Origin: Candidatus Multivoradales bacterium
GTDB lineage: Bacteria > Acidobacteriota > Thermoanaerobaculia > Multivoradales > JAHEKO01
Direction: 5' to 3'
NCBI GenBank assembly: GCA_965223855.1
Contig: CBDCXM010000009.1
Span: 3,072,001-3,136,000, forward strand
DNA length: 64,000 nt
Shown: positions 10,556 through 21,390 of the stretch, in pieces
How positions within the stretch are numbered: the stretch's first letter is position 1
Layout of the letters: the number at the start of each line of letters is the position of its first letter
Position numbers and translations under genes: made by a program
The notes under the pieces: generated by a model
What the model saw: the letters and a program-made list of their open reading frames with translations, nothing else
Told to the model about the DNA's origin: nothing
Databases searched by the model: none

Positions 10556-11908
10556 ATGACCGAGCCTCTGGCCGCACAGAAGAGCCTCCCTCACAGCGAG
10601 GAATCGGAACGCGCCGTTCTCGCCGGAGTCCTGCTCGACCCGGGGAGGCTGCCGGCCGTCTCCGAGCGCCTGACCGCGGAGGATTTCTACTCCGATCGCC
10701 ATCGCCGGCTCTATCAGGTGATGCTCGATCTGCAGCACGCGAGCACGACGATCGACCTCAGGACCGTCCAGGCGAGCCTCGAACAGGCGGAGCTGCTCGA
10801 CGCCGTCGGCGGTGTCGCCTACCTCGCCAGCCTCGATCTCGACCTGCCCGACCTCGCCCGGCTCGATACCTATGTCGAGCTGATCAAGGAGCGCTCGGTC
10901 CGCCGCCGGCTGATCGCCGCCTGCGGTGAGATCACCCGGCTCTCGTTCGACGGCGGCGTCGAGGCGGCCGAGGCACTCGACCAGGCGGAGCGCGTCGTGC
11001 TCGAACTGGGGGAGGAGGCGATCCGCCGCGGCTTCGTGCCGCTGGGCGAAGTCTTCACCTCGACCCTCGCCGAGCTCGAGGACAAGCCGGAGCGGATCCT
11101 CGCCGGCGTACCGACCGGCTACACCGACCTCGACCGCATCACTCTCGGCTTCCACCCCGGCAATCTCGTCATCCTCGCTGCCCGGCCCGGGATGGGTAAA
11201 ACCAGCCTCGCACTCAACATCGCCCAGCACGTCGCCTTCCGCGAGGGCCGCTCGGTCGGTGTCTTCTCGCTCGAGATGAGCCGCGAAGAGCTGACCCTGC
11301 GCATCCTGTCGGCCGAGGCCAACGTCGAGTTCCACCGCCTGCGCTCGGGCCACCTGTCGCAGAACCACTGGAGCCGCATCCTCCGCACGGTCAAGACCAT
11401 GTCGGACAAGCAGCTTTTCATCGACGACACCGCAAACCCGAGCCTGCTCGAGGTCGCATCCAAGACCCGCCGTCTCAAGGCGGAGCGCGGCCTCGACCTG
11501 CTGGTGATCGACTACCTCCAACTGATGGAGGCGGGCGGCCGCTACGAGAACCGCAACCTCGAGATCGCGGCGATCACGAGGCACTTCAAGCAGCTCGCCA
11601 AGGAACTCGACCTGCCGATCCTCTGCCTGTCGCAGCTCTCCCGCCGTCCCGAGCAGCGGGGCAAGGACCATCGCCCGCAGCTCTCGGATCTGCGTGAGTC
11701 AGGGTCGATCGAGCAGGACGCCGACCTCGTGATGTTCATCTACCGCGACGACATGTACAACGAGAACAGTGAGTTTCCCGGCGAAGCCGAGCTGATTCTC
11801 GGCAAGCATCGCAACGGCCAGACGGGCACGGTGAGACTCGTCTTCCTCGGCGAGATGACGAAGTTCCTCAACCTGTCGCGCGACCAGCCGCCGCCTGAAG
11901 CGTTCTGA
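10556..11908 (+). CDS. dnaB: Replicative DNA helicase
   Basis: AARPGMGKT, IDYLQLM, LSQLSR, LSDLRESGSIEQDAD, KHRNG. Confidence 0.97.
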   Translation: MTEPLAAQKSLPHSEESERAVLAGVLLDPGRLPAVSERLTAEDFYSDRHRRLYQVMLDLQHASTTIDLRTVQASLEQAELLDAVGGVAYLASLDLDLPDLARLDTYVELIKERSVRRRLIAACGEITRLSFDGGVEAAEALDQAERVVLELGEEAIRRGFVPLGEVFTSTLAELEDKPERILAGVPTGYTDLDRITLGFHPGNLVILAARPGMGKTSLALNIAQHVAFREGRSVGVFSLEMSREELTLRILSAEANVEFHRLRSGHLSQNHWSRILRTVKTMSDKQLFIDDTANPSLLEVASKTRRLKAERGLDLLVIDYLQLMEAGGRYENRNLEIAAITRHFKQLAKELDLPILCLSQLSRRPEQRGKDHRPQLSDLRESGSIEQDADLVMFIYRDDMYNENSEFPGEAELILGKHRNGQTGTVRLVFLGEMTKFLNLSRDQPPPEAF

Positions 11909-12344
11909 TCGGACCTGCTCGGGAAAGGCTCCCTGCTGCGAGTTCCTCCAGCTCCATCAGAATGGAGTTACGCCAGGGCGGAGAAGACTTCAGGTAGGCA
12001 GGAGGCCTGCGGTGCTCGACTGCGAAGCCCGGGGTCGGGGATCAGCGAAGGCCGGGCTGAAGGACCTCTGGCCGTCCTGCCAGGCGAACGGCGAGCCGGC
12101 CTGTGCAAGTCTCGGCAGGCCGAAGCGCCGCCGTCGAGCTGGAGACGCACGGCGGGGCAGAAGTGAGTCGCGACGAGGTGCGACACCCGCATGCGGTCGT
12201 CCCTGTTGCCGCACCCGGAAGAGCGGCCTCTCGCGAAGGCTGCACCGTCGCCCGCCGGGAGCACGAGCCGGCCGCCTGCGAGGAACTCGAGGAAAGGAGA
12301 CAACGGCGCCGGCCTGCGAGCGCCCGACGCCGTCCTCCCTCCGC

Positions 12345-13238
12345 TCAGAGCTGAGGATCGCTACCGGTGATCCGCTGGAACGCCTCGACGTAGCGGTTGA
12401 GCGTTCCGAGCACGACCTCGTCGGGAAGGCTGGGTGCCGGAGCCTCGTGGTCCCAGCCGGACTCGTCGAGCCAGTTGCGGACGAACTGCTTGTCGAGCGA
12501 CACCGGCTCGGTGCCCGGTGACCACTGGTCTTTCTCCCAGAAGCGCGACGAATCCGGGGTGAGCACTTCGTCGATGAGGATCAGCTCGTCGTCGATGACG
12601 CCGAACTCGAACTTGGTGTCGGCCAAAAGGATCCCCTTCTCGGCGGCCATGTCGGCGCCGCCCTCGTAGAGGTCGAGCGTCAACTGGCGCAGTTCGCGCG
12701 ACACCGCTTCGCCCGCCCCTTCGCACATGACGTCGAAGCTGACGTTCTCGTCGTGCCCCGTCTCCGCCTTGGTGGCCGGAGTGAAGATCGCCTGCGGCAG
12801 CTTGTCGGCGCGCACAAGGCCGGGCGGCAGCGGGATGCCGCAGACCTCGCCCGTCTCCGTGTACTCGCGAAAGCCGCTACCGGCCAGATAGCCGCGCGCC
12901 ACGCACTCGAACGGCACGACCTCCGCCTTGCGAACGATCACGGAGCGCCCGCGAAGCTGGTCCGCGTACGGATCCAGCTCGCGAGGGAAGTCCTCGACGT
13001 CGGTCGCGAGGAGATGATTGGACACACGGTCCGAGAAGTAGTCGAACCAGAAGTTCGTCAACTGGCTGAGGATCTTCCCTTTGCCCGGAATCCCCGGATG
13101 AAGCACGTGATCGTAGGCCGAGATCCGGTCGCAGGCGACGATGAGCAACTCGTCGCCGAGGTCGTAGATATCGCGTACCTTGCCGCGCTTCGGCTTGCCG
13201 AAGCCCTCGAGGTCCGTCTGCCACACCACATCGGTCAT
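12345..13238 (-). CDS. purC: SAICAR synthase
   Basis: GKVRDIY, DRISAYD, ECVARGYLAGS, ADTKFEFG, DEVLTPDSSRFW. Confidence 0.97.
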   Translation of the reverse strand: MTDVVWQTDLEGFGKPKRGKVRDIYDLGDELLIVACDRISAYDHVLHPGIPGKGKILSQLTNFWFDYFSDRVSNHLLATDVEDFPRELDPYADQLRGRSVIVRKAEVVPFECVARGYLAGSGFREYTETGEVCGIPLPPGLVRADKLPQAIFTPATKAETGHDENVSFDVMCEGAGEAVSRELRQLTLDLYEGGADMAAEKGILLADTKFEFGVIDDELILIDEVLTPDSSRFWEKDQWSPGTEPVSLDKQFVRNWLDESGWDHEAPAPSLPDEVVLGTLNRYVEAFQRITGSDPQL

Positions 13239-15329
13239 TCAGACTGTCTCCCTGGTCTCTGAGATCGGTTCCTGGTCTGCACCGGGAGCTTCCGCCGGCG
13301 GAGTCTCCGCCCCGGCCTGCCGGAGAAACGTCTCCGAGCGGGCGATCGTGTCGAGCGCCGCCGTCAGGCGCGGCGACCTCAAGGTCATCATCGCCCCCAG
13401 CTCCCAGTCTGCGCCGTCAACAATCTCATAAATCGACGAAGATTCGATCCCCTTGAGATTGGGTGTCCCGAGCCTACGGATACCGACGGGCACGCGGCCG
13501 CCCGCCTCGTCGATCTCGAGCGCCACGTACTTGCGCGAGCCCTCGACCGCCAGGCGATAGGGGGCGAGCTGCCCCTCCGGATCGATCTCTGCGAGGAACC
13601 GATCGGTCGCGACGATCCCCTCGTTGATCAGCTCGCCGGTCTCATTGATGTAGGCGTAGAGGTCGCGATCCTCCTCCCCCCTGTCGACCAGATCGACCCG
13701 GCGCTCCAGCAAAGGCCGGAAGAACGTCTCCACCTCGTCGGCGCCGTAGCCGAGGGAAAGCAGCATCCGCTTGACCGTCTCGAGAGCGTGGCTCGCCTTG
13801 CCGGTGACGAGCCTCGAGAGCTCGATGATGCCGTGACCGAAGAACTCGTAGCGCCGCTCGGCGTCGCGCTTGCCCTCTTCGATCGGCAGCAGCCGGTACT
13901 GGCCATAGTTGAGCGCCATCCGGATTCCCCGGTCGAAGGGGAAGCGCTCGCGAATCGCCTTGCGGTAGAAGCGCTGGACGTGGATCGCCGTGACGAGCAG
14001 GCGTCTCGGGTCGCGCCCGGAGTAGAGGGCGCCGTCGCCGAGGTACTTCTCGAGCTTGAGGTGATGGAGTCGCGCCATCTGGTTGACCCGTCGCTGGAAG
14101 CGGAAGATCGACCGGTACGACTGGTCTTCGTCGCGGCGCCCGCTGTACTTGAGCAGCGACACGATCGACGAGAACTCCGCGATGTCGTAGATCAGGCCGA
14201 AGCGACGCACCAGCGGATCGACCACCCACGGCGTCAGGAACTCGAACGGGCGCGTGCTGTCCGACAGCGTGACCGTCCGCGAAAGGAGCCCTCCGCTGCG
14301 CGGATTCGGAGCCTGGCATACCAGCGTGTCGCCCTCCCGGCGCACAGGGATCACCAGCTTACGCAGCGACAGCAGCAGCTCGTACTCGCGGAGGCGCTCC
14401 ATGAGGCTCGCCCACAGGTCCCTCTCGCGCGGGTCGGGCAGGCGCTCGTGGTCGTAGCCGCGATGATCGGCCAGGAACGCGATGTATCCCGGACGCCGGA
14501 GCAGTTGATCGGGGTCCTCCATCGGGTCGAGACCGGTCATGTGGCGCGACAGCGATCTCAGCGACTTGTCGGCCTCGAGCATCGCGCGGTGCCAGTGGTG
14601 GAGGTAGTCGACCCGGCGCAGGAAGGTCTCGCCGTCGATGTCCAGGCAGCCGCGAAAGTACGCCTTGAGCTCGCTCAGGTCCGGGCTGATGTGATCCTCG
14701 GTGAGGATCAGCAGGTTGTCGCGCATCTTGTCGAGAATCGCCGGAAAGAGACCGCGCTGCTCTTCCTCGGTCTCGGTCGCCACCCGGTGCACCGTGTCGT
14801 AGGTCGTGGCGAGAACGTGGTCGAGATACTTCTCGAAGACCTGGTACTTGATCTGGTACCCGTGGCGCCGGCCCGCCTCGGCGTCCAGCCGACTGACGCG
14901 GCGCGGCAGCTCACGGAAGAGTCGCGACACGGCGATCGAGTGATAGAGCCAGAAGATGTCGGTGTAGCGGCGCCCGAAACTCGATCTCGTCGTGCTTTCG
15001 GTGATGCGGACGAGAAACTCGCGATAGGCGTGCCACGCCTTGTCGCGCTCGCGCACATCGACCGCTTCGGTGCCGAACATCGCCGTCTGTACCCGGGTCT
15101 CCTGATCCAGGTAGGTCTCGAGCACGTCCCGCAACTGCTCGCTCTTCTCGTCGGTCAGGATCGGGAACCCGACCAGCGGCGTCGCCTCCTCGTCCTCGAG
15201 GAAGATGCGCTGCGGCTCCGGCAGGACCTCGGTCGCGTCGGGCATCACCCGGCGCAGCTCTTCCTGACTACGCCGCAGGAAGGTCGAAGATCCCCCCACG
15301 TGGTCGAGGAACGAGAATAGGCTGGTCAC
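13239..15329 (-). CDS. Uncharacterised ~696-aa protein with a divergent class III nucleotidyl cyclase domain
   Basis: YDIAEFS...LEKYLGDGALY...IRMALNYG...FFGHGIIELSRL aligns to class III cyclase motifs; GTG start at 15329 inferred. Confidence 0.65.
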   Translation of the reverse strand: MTSLFSFLDHVGGSSTFLRRSQEELRRVMPDATEVLPEPQRIFLEDEEATPLVGFPILTDEKSEQLRDVLETYLDQETRVQTAMFGTEAVDVRERDKAWHAYREFLVRITESTTRSSFGRRYTDIFWLYHSIAVSRLFRELPRRVSRLDAEAGRRHGYQIKYQVFEKYLDHVLATTYDTVHRVATETEEEQRGLFPAILDKMRDNLLILTEDHISPDLSELKAYFRGCLDIDGETFLRRVDYLHHWHRAMLEADKSLRSLSRHMTGLDPMEDPDQLLRRPGYIAFLADHRGYDHERLPDPRERDLWASLMERLREYELLLSLRKLVIPVRREGDTLVCQAPNPRSGGLLSRTVTLSDSTRPFEFLTPWVVDPLVRRFGLIYDIAEFSSIVSLLKYSGRRDEDQSYRSIFRFQRRVNQMARLHHLKLEKYLGDGALYSGRDPRRLLVTAIHVQRFYRKAIRERFPFDRGIRMALNYGQYRLLPIEEGKRDAERRYEFFGHGIIELSRLVTGKASHALETVKRMLLSLGYGADEVETFFRPLLERRVDLVDRGEEDRDLYAYINETGELINEGIVATDRFLAEIDPEGQLAPYRLAVEGSRKYVALEIDEAGGRVPVGIRRLGTPNLKGIESSSIYEIVDGADWELGAMMTLRSPRLTAALDTIARSETFLRQAGAETPPAEAPGADQEPISETRETV

Positions 15330-15417
15330 GCGCTCACCGGCGATGCGCTCCGGACGGGCCCGCCGAAGCTGAGATCGGAGGCAGTCTATCCCGCAGCCGC
15401 TGCTAGACTCCCGCGCC

Positions 15418-16893
15418 GTGGTTCGATTGCTCCAGCCCACCGTCGCCAGAAACGGCCTTCTCAAGGCCGGCACACTCGCCATCGGCTGCTTCGAGGACCG
15501 GCCGGTGCCGATCGGCGCTCTCGAGCCCGCCGTCGGACGGCGCCTGCGCAAGGCGGCGCGAGGACGGGCGTGGCGTGCGAGTGCGGAGCGCCGTCTGGAG
15601 CTGCCGGTCGGTCCCAACGACCGCGTCCAGACCGTGCTCTACGGCCTGGGTCCTGCCGAAGACTTCGACCTGCACGGCCTCAACGGCTGGATCGATCGAC
15701 TGCGGCTCGACCTCGAGGCGACGGCGCCCTCGGAGTTGCTCTTCGCCGTGCCGCGTCACCGTGCCCTGCACTCGAAGGAGGGGGCGGAGACGGTGCTCAG
15801 GCGCCTCGCGCTGCTCGGCTACCGCTTCGACACCTTCCGCGAGACCCAGCCGGCCACGCTCAAGCGGGTCCGGGTACTGCCGCCTGCCGGTGCGGAGGCG
15901 GCCTATCGCGCAGCGAGGGCAGGGGCGCTTGCCGTTGCTCGCGGAACCGCGCTCGCCAGGGAGCTCGCCGACACGCCGCCCAATCGCGCCACCCCGGCCT
16001 GGATGGCCGCACGGGCGAGAAGCGTCGCCCGCGACCTCGGTGCCAGAGCCAGGGTGCTCGAGCCCAAGGAGCTCGGCCGCCTCGGGCTCCACGCCCTCCT
16101 GGCCGTAGGACGCGGCTCTTCCAACACGCCGCGTCTCGTGAGGCTCGAGCACGGCACACGAGGGCCGGTCGTCACCCTCGTCGGCAAGGGCATCACCTTC
16201 GACACAGGAGGCATCTCGCTCAAGCCGGGAGCCGCGATGGACGAGATGAAGTACGACAAGTCGGGCGCCTGCGCGGTACTGGGAGCGTTCGCCGCCGCCG
16301 TCGAGCTCGACCTGCCGCTGCGACTGCGCGCCTACCTCGCGCTGGCCGAGAACATGCCCGACGGAGCCTCCTACCGGCCAGGCGACATCATCCAGACGCG
16401 CTCCGGCAAGACGGTGGAGATCCTCAACACCGATGCCGAGGGGCGTCTCGTGCTCGCCGACGCCCTCGCCCTGGCCGCCGAGGAGGAGCCTTCGGCGATC
16501 GTCGAGCTGTCGACCCTTACCGGCGCCACCGTCGTCGCCCTCGGCCACCACGGTGCGGCGCTCTACTCACCGGACGACGGCCTGGCGCGCGACCTCCTGA
16601 CCGCGGCGGAGCAGGGCGCCGAGCGGCTCTGGCGGATGCCGTTGTGGCCTGAGTTCCGCGGTGAGATGAAGGGACGCCACGCCGACCTGAGGAACCTCGG
16701 GATCCGCTGGGGCGGCGCCAACTCGGCGGCCGCCTTCGTCGGCGAGTTCATGGGGGAGTGCAAGCGCTGGGCGCACCTCGACATCGCCGGAACGGCGTGG
16801 CGCCCGGCCGAAGCGGGACCCGATTTCGGCGCCACCGGATACGGCGTCGCCACGGTGACCCGCTGGCTGGTGAACGAGGCGGCGAAGGGTTAG
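15418..16893 (+). CDS. pepA: Leucyl aminopeptidase (M17)
   Basis: GKGITFDTGGISLK, MKYDKSG, NTDAEGRL, WAHLDIAG. Confidence 0.93.
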   Translation: MVRLLQPTVARNGLLKAGTLAIGCFEDRPVPIGALEPAVGRRLRKAARGRAWRASAERRLELPVGPNDRVQTVLYGLGPAEDFDLHGLNGWIDRLRLDLEATAPSELLFAVPRHRALHSKEGAETVLRRLALLGYRFDTFRETQPATLKRVRVLPPAGAEAAYRAARAGALAVARGTALARELADTPPNRATPAWMAARARSVARDLGARARVLEPKELGRLGLHALLAVGRGSSNTPRLVRLEHGTRGPVVTLVGKGITFDTGGISLKPGAAMDEMKYDKSGACAVLGAFAAAVELDLPLRLRAYLALAENMPDGASYRPGDIIQTRSGKTVEILNTDAEGRLVLADALALAAEEEPSAIVELSTLTGATVVALGHHGAALYSPDDGLARDLLTAAEQGAERLWRMPLWPEFRGEMKGRHADLRNLGIRWGGANSAAAFVGEFMGECKRWAHLDIAGTAWRPAEAGPDFGATGYGVATVTRWLVNEAAKG

Positions 16894-16920
16894 AGTCCAT
16901 CGCGGTTGCGGCGCGGCCGC

Positions 16921-16946
16921 GGAACTTTCCCAGGGACTCTGCGTAA
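16921..16946 (+). promoter_or_regulatory. Putative ECF-sigma promoter for the TolC-Yip1-MacAB operon
   Basis: GGAAC-N16-CGTAA about 105 nt upstream of the TolC start. Confidence 0.55.
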
Positions 16947-17052
16947 GAGGAGACAACCCGGTGAACACCGCCCTCGCGGCGTCCCGACCAGTCGGCACCG
17001 GCGATCTCCACCATCCCGACATCACGCTGTGTTGAACACGAGGCCTTCTCTC

Positions 17053-18684
17053 ATGAGCGATCGTCCCAGCACCCTTCCACCCCTGAATCTCTGGCTCGTC
17101 GCCATCGCCGTCCTGCTGACGGCCGGTACTCCCGGCATCGTCGCTCAGGTCGAGGTTTCGGCAGCGATTCCGACCGCCGACACCGAGCTCCCGGTCGCGG
17201 TGGCGGACGGCGAACTGCCGCTGACCATCGAGGACGCGATTCAGATCGCTCTCGGGCAGAACCTCGGCCTCATCGTCCAGCGCTACAACCAGGAGGAGAG
17301 TCGCCTCAACCTCGCTCAGTCGATGGGCATCTACGACCTGATGACGACCGCCTTCCTGTCCTCGTCCGACGAGACGACTCCCTCAGCGAGCAACCTCGAC
17401 GGTGCCGACATTCAGACGAGCAACAGGCAAGGGTGGAACTTCGGCCTCGACCAGCTCGTCAAGACGGGCGCCACGTTCTCCCTCGACTTCAACAATTCGC
17501 GGCGCGAGACCAACTCGACCTTCTCGACCCTCAATCCGGCGTACAGCACCGACTTCGATCTTTCGCTCACCCAGCCGCTGCTCAGAGGGCTCGGACAGCG
17601 CAACACCGAGCGCAACATCCTGCTGGCTCGGACCAACCTCGAGATCTCGAGAGAGCAGTTCGAGCAGCAGGTCAACTCGACCATTCAGCAGGTGGTCGAC
17701 GCCTACTGGCTGCTGGTCGGCAACCGCAACCAGTTGACCGTCGCCGAGCGCAGCCTCGCGCTGGCCGAACAGCTCCACGAGCAGAACCAGGTGCGGGTCG
17801 AGGTCGGAACGCTGGCGCCGCTCGAGCTGGTCCAGAGCGAAGCCGGAATCGCCACCCGCAAGGAAGAGATCATCCTCGCCCGGGCGGCGGCCGAAGACGC
17901 GCAGGACACCCTGCGGCAGTTGCTCAACCTGGACCGGTCGTCCTTGTGGGACGTGACGATCGCCACGACGACCTCGGGGGAAACCGAGCGCCCGACGGTC
18001 GATCTCGACGAGGCGATCTCAACCGCGCTCGCCGAGCGCCCGGACGTCGTGCAGCAGCGCCTGACCCTCGACAACCTCGAGCTCGACGTCGGCTACTTCT
18101 CCAACCAGCAGCTCCCGCAGCTCGACTTCACCGCCACCTACGGCTACAACGGCCTCGGCGGTCCGGTGACCGAACGCGACTTCTTCACCGGTCAGATCCT
18201 CTTCCAGGCGCCGGGCGACTACGGTGACGCGCTCTCCCAGATCACGGACGGGGAGTTCGCCGGCTGGAACGTCGGTCTGAACTTCGCCTACCCGCTGCAG
18301 AACCGGGCGGCGGAGGCGCAGACTGCGAAGGCGGAAGTGGCCCTCGAGCGTGGTCAGGCACGGATGCGCGACCTCGAGCTCGCGGTGATCACCGAGGTTC
18401 GCAAGGCGGCTCGCGCCCTCGACACGGCAGCGCAGGCGATCGACTCGGCAAGGGTCTCGCTGCGGCTCGCCGAGCGCAATCTCGAGGCCGAGCAGAAGCG
18501 CTACGACAACGGGCTGTCGACGAGCTATCGCGTGCTCGAGATTCAGCGCGACCTGACGAACGCTCAGAGCCGAGAGGTCGCGGCCAGTACCGGCTACCGG
18601 AGAGCGCTGGCATCCTTCTACCGTTCGACGGGCACGCTGGCCGAGCAGAGCGGCGTCTCCATCTCGCACCCGGAAGGCGAATAG
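17053..18684 (+). CDS. TolC family outer membrane efflux protein
   Basis: Signal peptide, LTIEDAIQIAL, LSLTQPLLRG, two OEP repeats. Confidence 0.9.
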   Translation: MSDRPSTLPPLNLWLVAIAVLLTAGTPGIVAQVEVSAAIPTADTELPVAVADGELPLTIEDAIQIALGQNLGLIVQRYNQEESRLNLAQSMGIYDLMTTAFLSSSDETTPSASNLDGADIQTSNRQGWNFGLDQLVKTGATFSLDFNNSRRETNSTFSTLNPAYSTDFDLSLTQPLLRGLGQRNTERNILLARTNLEISREQFEQQVNSTIQQVVDAYWLLVGNRNQLTVAERSLALAEQLHEQNQVRVEVGTLAPLELVQSEAGIATRKEEIILARAAAEDAQDTLRQLLNLDRSSLWDVTIATTTSGETERPTVDLDEAISTALAERPDVVQQRLTLDNLELDVGYFSNQQLPQLDFTATYGYNGLGGPVTERDFFTGQILFQAPGDYGDALSQITDGEFAGWNVGLNFAYPLQNRAAEAQTAKAEVALERGQARMRDLELAVITEVRKAARALDTAAQAIDSARVSLRLAERNLEAEQKRYDNGLSTSYRVLEIQRDLTNAQSREVAASTGYRRALASFYRSTGTLAEQSGVSISHPEGE

Positions 18685-18737
18685 ACTGGCGAGCGGCCCC
18701 GTAGGCCGCAAGGCAGGACAACAGAGGAGGGAACGTG

Positions 18738-19439
18738 ATGGATTCGGGAATCGGTCGTGTCGTAGGAGTCCTCACCTCACCGGGCCGCGCCTTCGAGTCG
18801 CTCAGGGAGCGACCCGCCTGGGTGCTGCCGCTGGTGCTGCTGATCGTCGCCGGGCTGGCGAGTTACACCATGATCAGCGGCAAGCTCGACTTCGAGGACG
18901 TCGTCCGCGAGTCCATTCTGCGCAGCAAGCCGGACGCCGCAGAAGACGAGATCCAGCAGGCGATCGACGTCTACGAGAAGGTCGGCAAGCCGGTCAGCTA
19001 CGTCTTCCTGCTCGTCGGCACGCCGATCTTCCTGTTGCTGGGAGCCCTCGGTGTTCATGTCGCCGGCCGCCTCGTGGCGGGGGAGGCGACCTTCCGCCAG
19101 ACGTGGGCGGTCTTCACCCATGCCCAGATGCCTCAGGTCGTGGCGGCGCTGCTGTCGTTGCCGAAGATCCTGACGACGGACGAGTTCGACTACGAGAGCG
19201 TGCAGACGGGTAGCGTCCTCCCCTCCAATCTCGGCATCTTCGCGCCGGAGGAGGTGGGCGCCGGCATGCTCTCGCTCTTGTCGAGCATCGACGTCTTCAG
19301 CCTGTGGACCGTAGCCCTGCTCGCGATCGGCTGCGCGGTCGTCGGCCGGATCAAGACCGGCACCGCGGCCACGGCCGTCGGTGTCCTGTGGCTGCTCTAC
19401 ATCGGCGGCAAGGCCGGCTGGGCGGCGCTCTTCGGCTGA
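18738..19439 (+). CDS. Yip1 family membrane protein (YknW-like)
   Basis: SPGRAFESLRERPAW Yip1 motif; about 5 TM helices. Confidence 0.8.
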   Translation: MDSGIGRVVGVLTSPGRAFESLRERPAWVLPLVLLIVAGLASYTMISGKLDFEDVVRESILRSKPDAAEDEIQQAIDVYEKVGKPVSYVFLLVGTPIFLLLGALGVHVAGRLVAGEATFRQTWAVFTHAQMPQVVAALLSLPKILTTDEFDYESVQTGSVLPSNLGIFAPEEVGAGMLSLLSSIDVFSLWTVALLAIGCAVVGRIKTGTAATAVGVLWLLYIGGKAGWAALFG

Positions 19440-19458
19440 TCTCAGGGAGACTGCAACC

Positions 19459-20682
19459 GTGAAACGGATATGGATCGGCGCCATCGTCGTGCTGGTGCTC
19501 GGCGCGATCGTCGTCGGCAGCCTGCTCGGCGGCAGTCGCGAGAAGGGCGCGCGGGTCTACGTCGAAGCGGCGGAGCGCCGCGACATCGCGCGCGTGGTCA
19601 AGGCGACCGGCGAGATCGACCCGCGAGTCAAGGTCAATCTCTCCGCCCACGTGATCGGCAAGATCGAGCATCTCCATGTCGAGGAAGGACAGAGCATCGA
19701 GGCGGGGCAGCCGGTCCTGCAACTCGAGCGCGAGGCGTTCCAGGCGACCCGCGACCGCGCCGCCGCCGAGCTCGAGATCGCCCGCTCCCGCGCCCGGCAG
19801 GCCGACATCAACGTCGAGGACGCGGCGATCCAGCTCCGCCGCACCGAGCGCCTGCGGGGCGAGCAGATCGCCTCCGACTCCGATCTCGAGGCGTCGCAGC
19901 TGCGCCACCGCTCGCAGGAGCTGGCCGCCGAGCAGGCTCGCGAGGCGGTGCTCCAGGCGAAGGCGTCGCTAGACAAGGCCGAGGACGACCTCTACAAGAC
20001 GACGATCTACGCGCCGCTGACGGGGCGCGTCACCGCGCTCAATGCAGAGGAAGGGGAGGTGGTCGTCTCGGGGACCATGAACAACCCCGGTTCGGTGATC
20101 GGCACGATCTCGGACCTTTCGGAGATCCTCGCCGAGGTCGACGTCGACGAAACCGAGGTCGCCTTGCTCGAGGTCGGGCAGCAGGCCACGGTGCATGTAG
20201 AGGCGCTGCTCGACCGCGAGTTCAGCGGTCGGGTGGTGGAGATCGGCAGCTCCGGATTTCAGCGCGCCGGCAATCCCGACGTCACCTTCTTCAAGGCCAA
20301 GGTCCTTCTCGACGCCCCGGACGCGACCCTGCGGCCGGGCATGTCGACTCGGGTGGAGATCGTCACCGCCGAGTCGGCGAACGCGCTTGTCGTGCCCGTC
20401 CAGTCGGTCGTCGAGCGCCATCCGCTCGGTGAGGACGGCGAAGCGGACGACGACGCGGAAGAGGTCGATGTCGTGTTCGTCGTCGAGGACGCCCGCAGCG
20501 TCCAGCGGCCGGTCGAGACCGGGCTCGCCGACATCACCCACATCGAGGTGCTCTCGGGTCTCGAGGAGGGCGACTCGGTCGTCATGGGCCCCTACCGGTC
20601 GCTCAAGGACCTCGAGCACGACGAACCGGTACGCGTGCGCAGTCGCGCCGACGAGGATGGGGACGACTCCGAGGACGACTGA
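19459..20682 (+). CDS. MacA/YknX-like periplasmic adaptor
   Basis: VKATGEIDP, VEEGQ, IYAPLTG, LRPGMS; GTG start after GGAG. Confidence 0.9.
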   Translation: MKRIWIGAIVVLVLGAIVVGSLLGGSREKGARVYVEAAERRDIARVVKATGEIDPRVKVNLSAHVIGKIEHLHVEEGQSIEAGQPVLQLEREAFQATRDRAAAELEIARSRARQADINVEDAAIQLRRTERLRGEQIASDSDLEASQLRHRSQELAAEQAREAVLQAKASLDKAEDDLYKTTIYAPLTGRVTALNAEEGEVVVSGTMNNPGSVIGTISDLSEILAEVDVDETEVALLEVGQQATVHVEALLDREFSGRVVEIGSSGFQRAGNPDVTFFKAKVLLDAPDATLRPGMSTRVEIVTAESANALVVPVQSVVERHPLGEDGEADDDAEEVDVVFVVEDARSVQRPVETGLADITHIEVLSGLEEGDSVVMGPYRSLKDLEHDEPVRVRSRADEDGDDSEDD

Positions 20683-21390
20683 GTGGCGCTGATCGAGCTC
20701 CGCGGGATCCGCAAGATCTACGAGGTGGGGGCCGAGCTCGTCCACGCCCTCGACGGCGTCGATCTCGACCTCGCACGCGGCGAGTACGTCGCCATCATGG
20801 GCGCGTCCGGCAGCGGCAAGTCGACGCTCATGAACGTGATTGGCTGCCTCGACCGGCCGTCGGAGGGGACCTACGTCCTCAACGGCAACGCGGTCGAGGA
20901 GTTGAGCGAGGACGAGCTCGCGACCGTGCGCAACCGGGAGATCGGTTTCGTGTTCCAGACCTTCAACCTCCTGGCCCGGACGACGGCGCTGGCCAACGTC
21001 GAGCTGCCGCTGACCTACGCCGGCGTGTCGCGCAAGGAGCGCCGCGAGCGGGCGCAGACGGCGCTCGAACGGGTCGGTCTCGGCGACCGGATGCTGCACC
21101 TCACGAACGAGCTCTCCGGTGGCCAGCGCCAGCGGGTCGCGGTCGCCCGGGCGCTCGTCAACGGTCCGTCGATCCTGCTCGCCGACGAGCCGACGGGCAA
21201 CCTCGACAGCGCGACCTCGCACGAGATCATGGAGCTCTTCGACGCGCTGCACTCCGCCGGCAACACGGTGATCCTCGTCACCCACGAGGACGACATCGCC
21301 GCCCACGCGCTCCGGCGGATCGTGCTGCGCGACGGCAGGATCGTGAGTGACGTAGCCACGACGAAGGTCGGCGCAGGAGCGCGGACATGA
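20683..21390 (+). CDS. ABC transporter ATP-binding protein (MacB/YknY type)
   Basis: [27 protein letters not shown]. Confidence 0.95.
   Translation: MALIELRGIRKIYEVGAELVHALDGVDLDLARGEYVAIMGASGSGKSTLMNVIGCLDRPSEGTYVLNGNAVEELSEDELATVRNREIGFVFQTFNLLARTTALANVELPLTYAGVSRKERRERAQTALERVGLGDRMLHLTNELSGGQRQRVAVARALVNGPSILLADEPTGNLDSATSHEIMELFDALHSAGNTVILVTHEDDIAAHALRRIVLRDGRIVSDVATTKVGAGART

Noticed and set aside
11909-12344. RNase P, tmRNA or SRP RNA
   Set aside because: Signature sequences (GAGGAAAGTCC, tRNA-like ends, SRP loop) were not found; only a partial GAGGAAAG.
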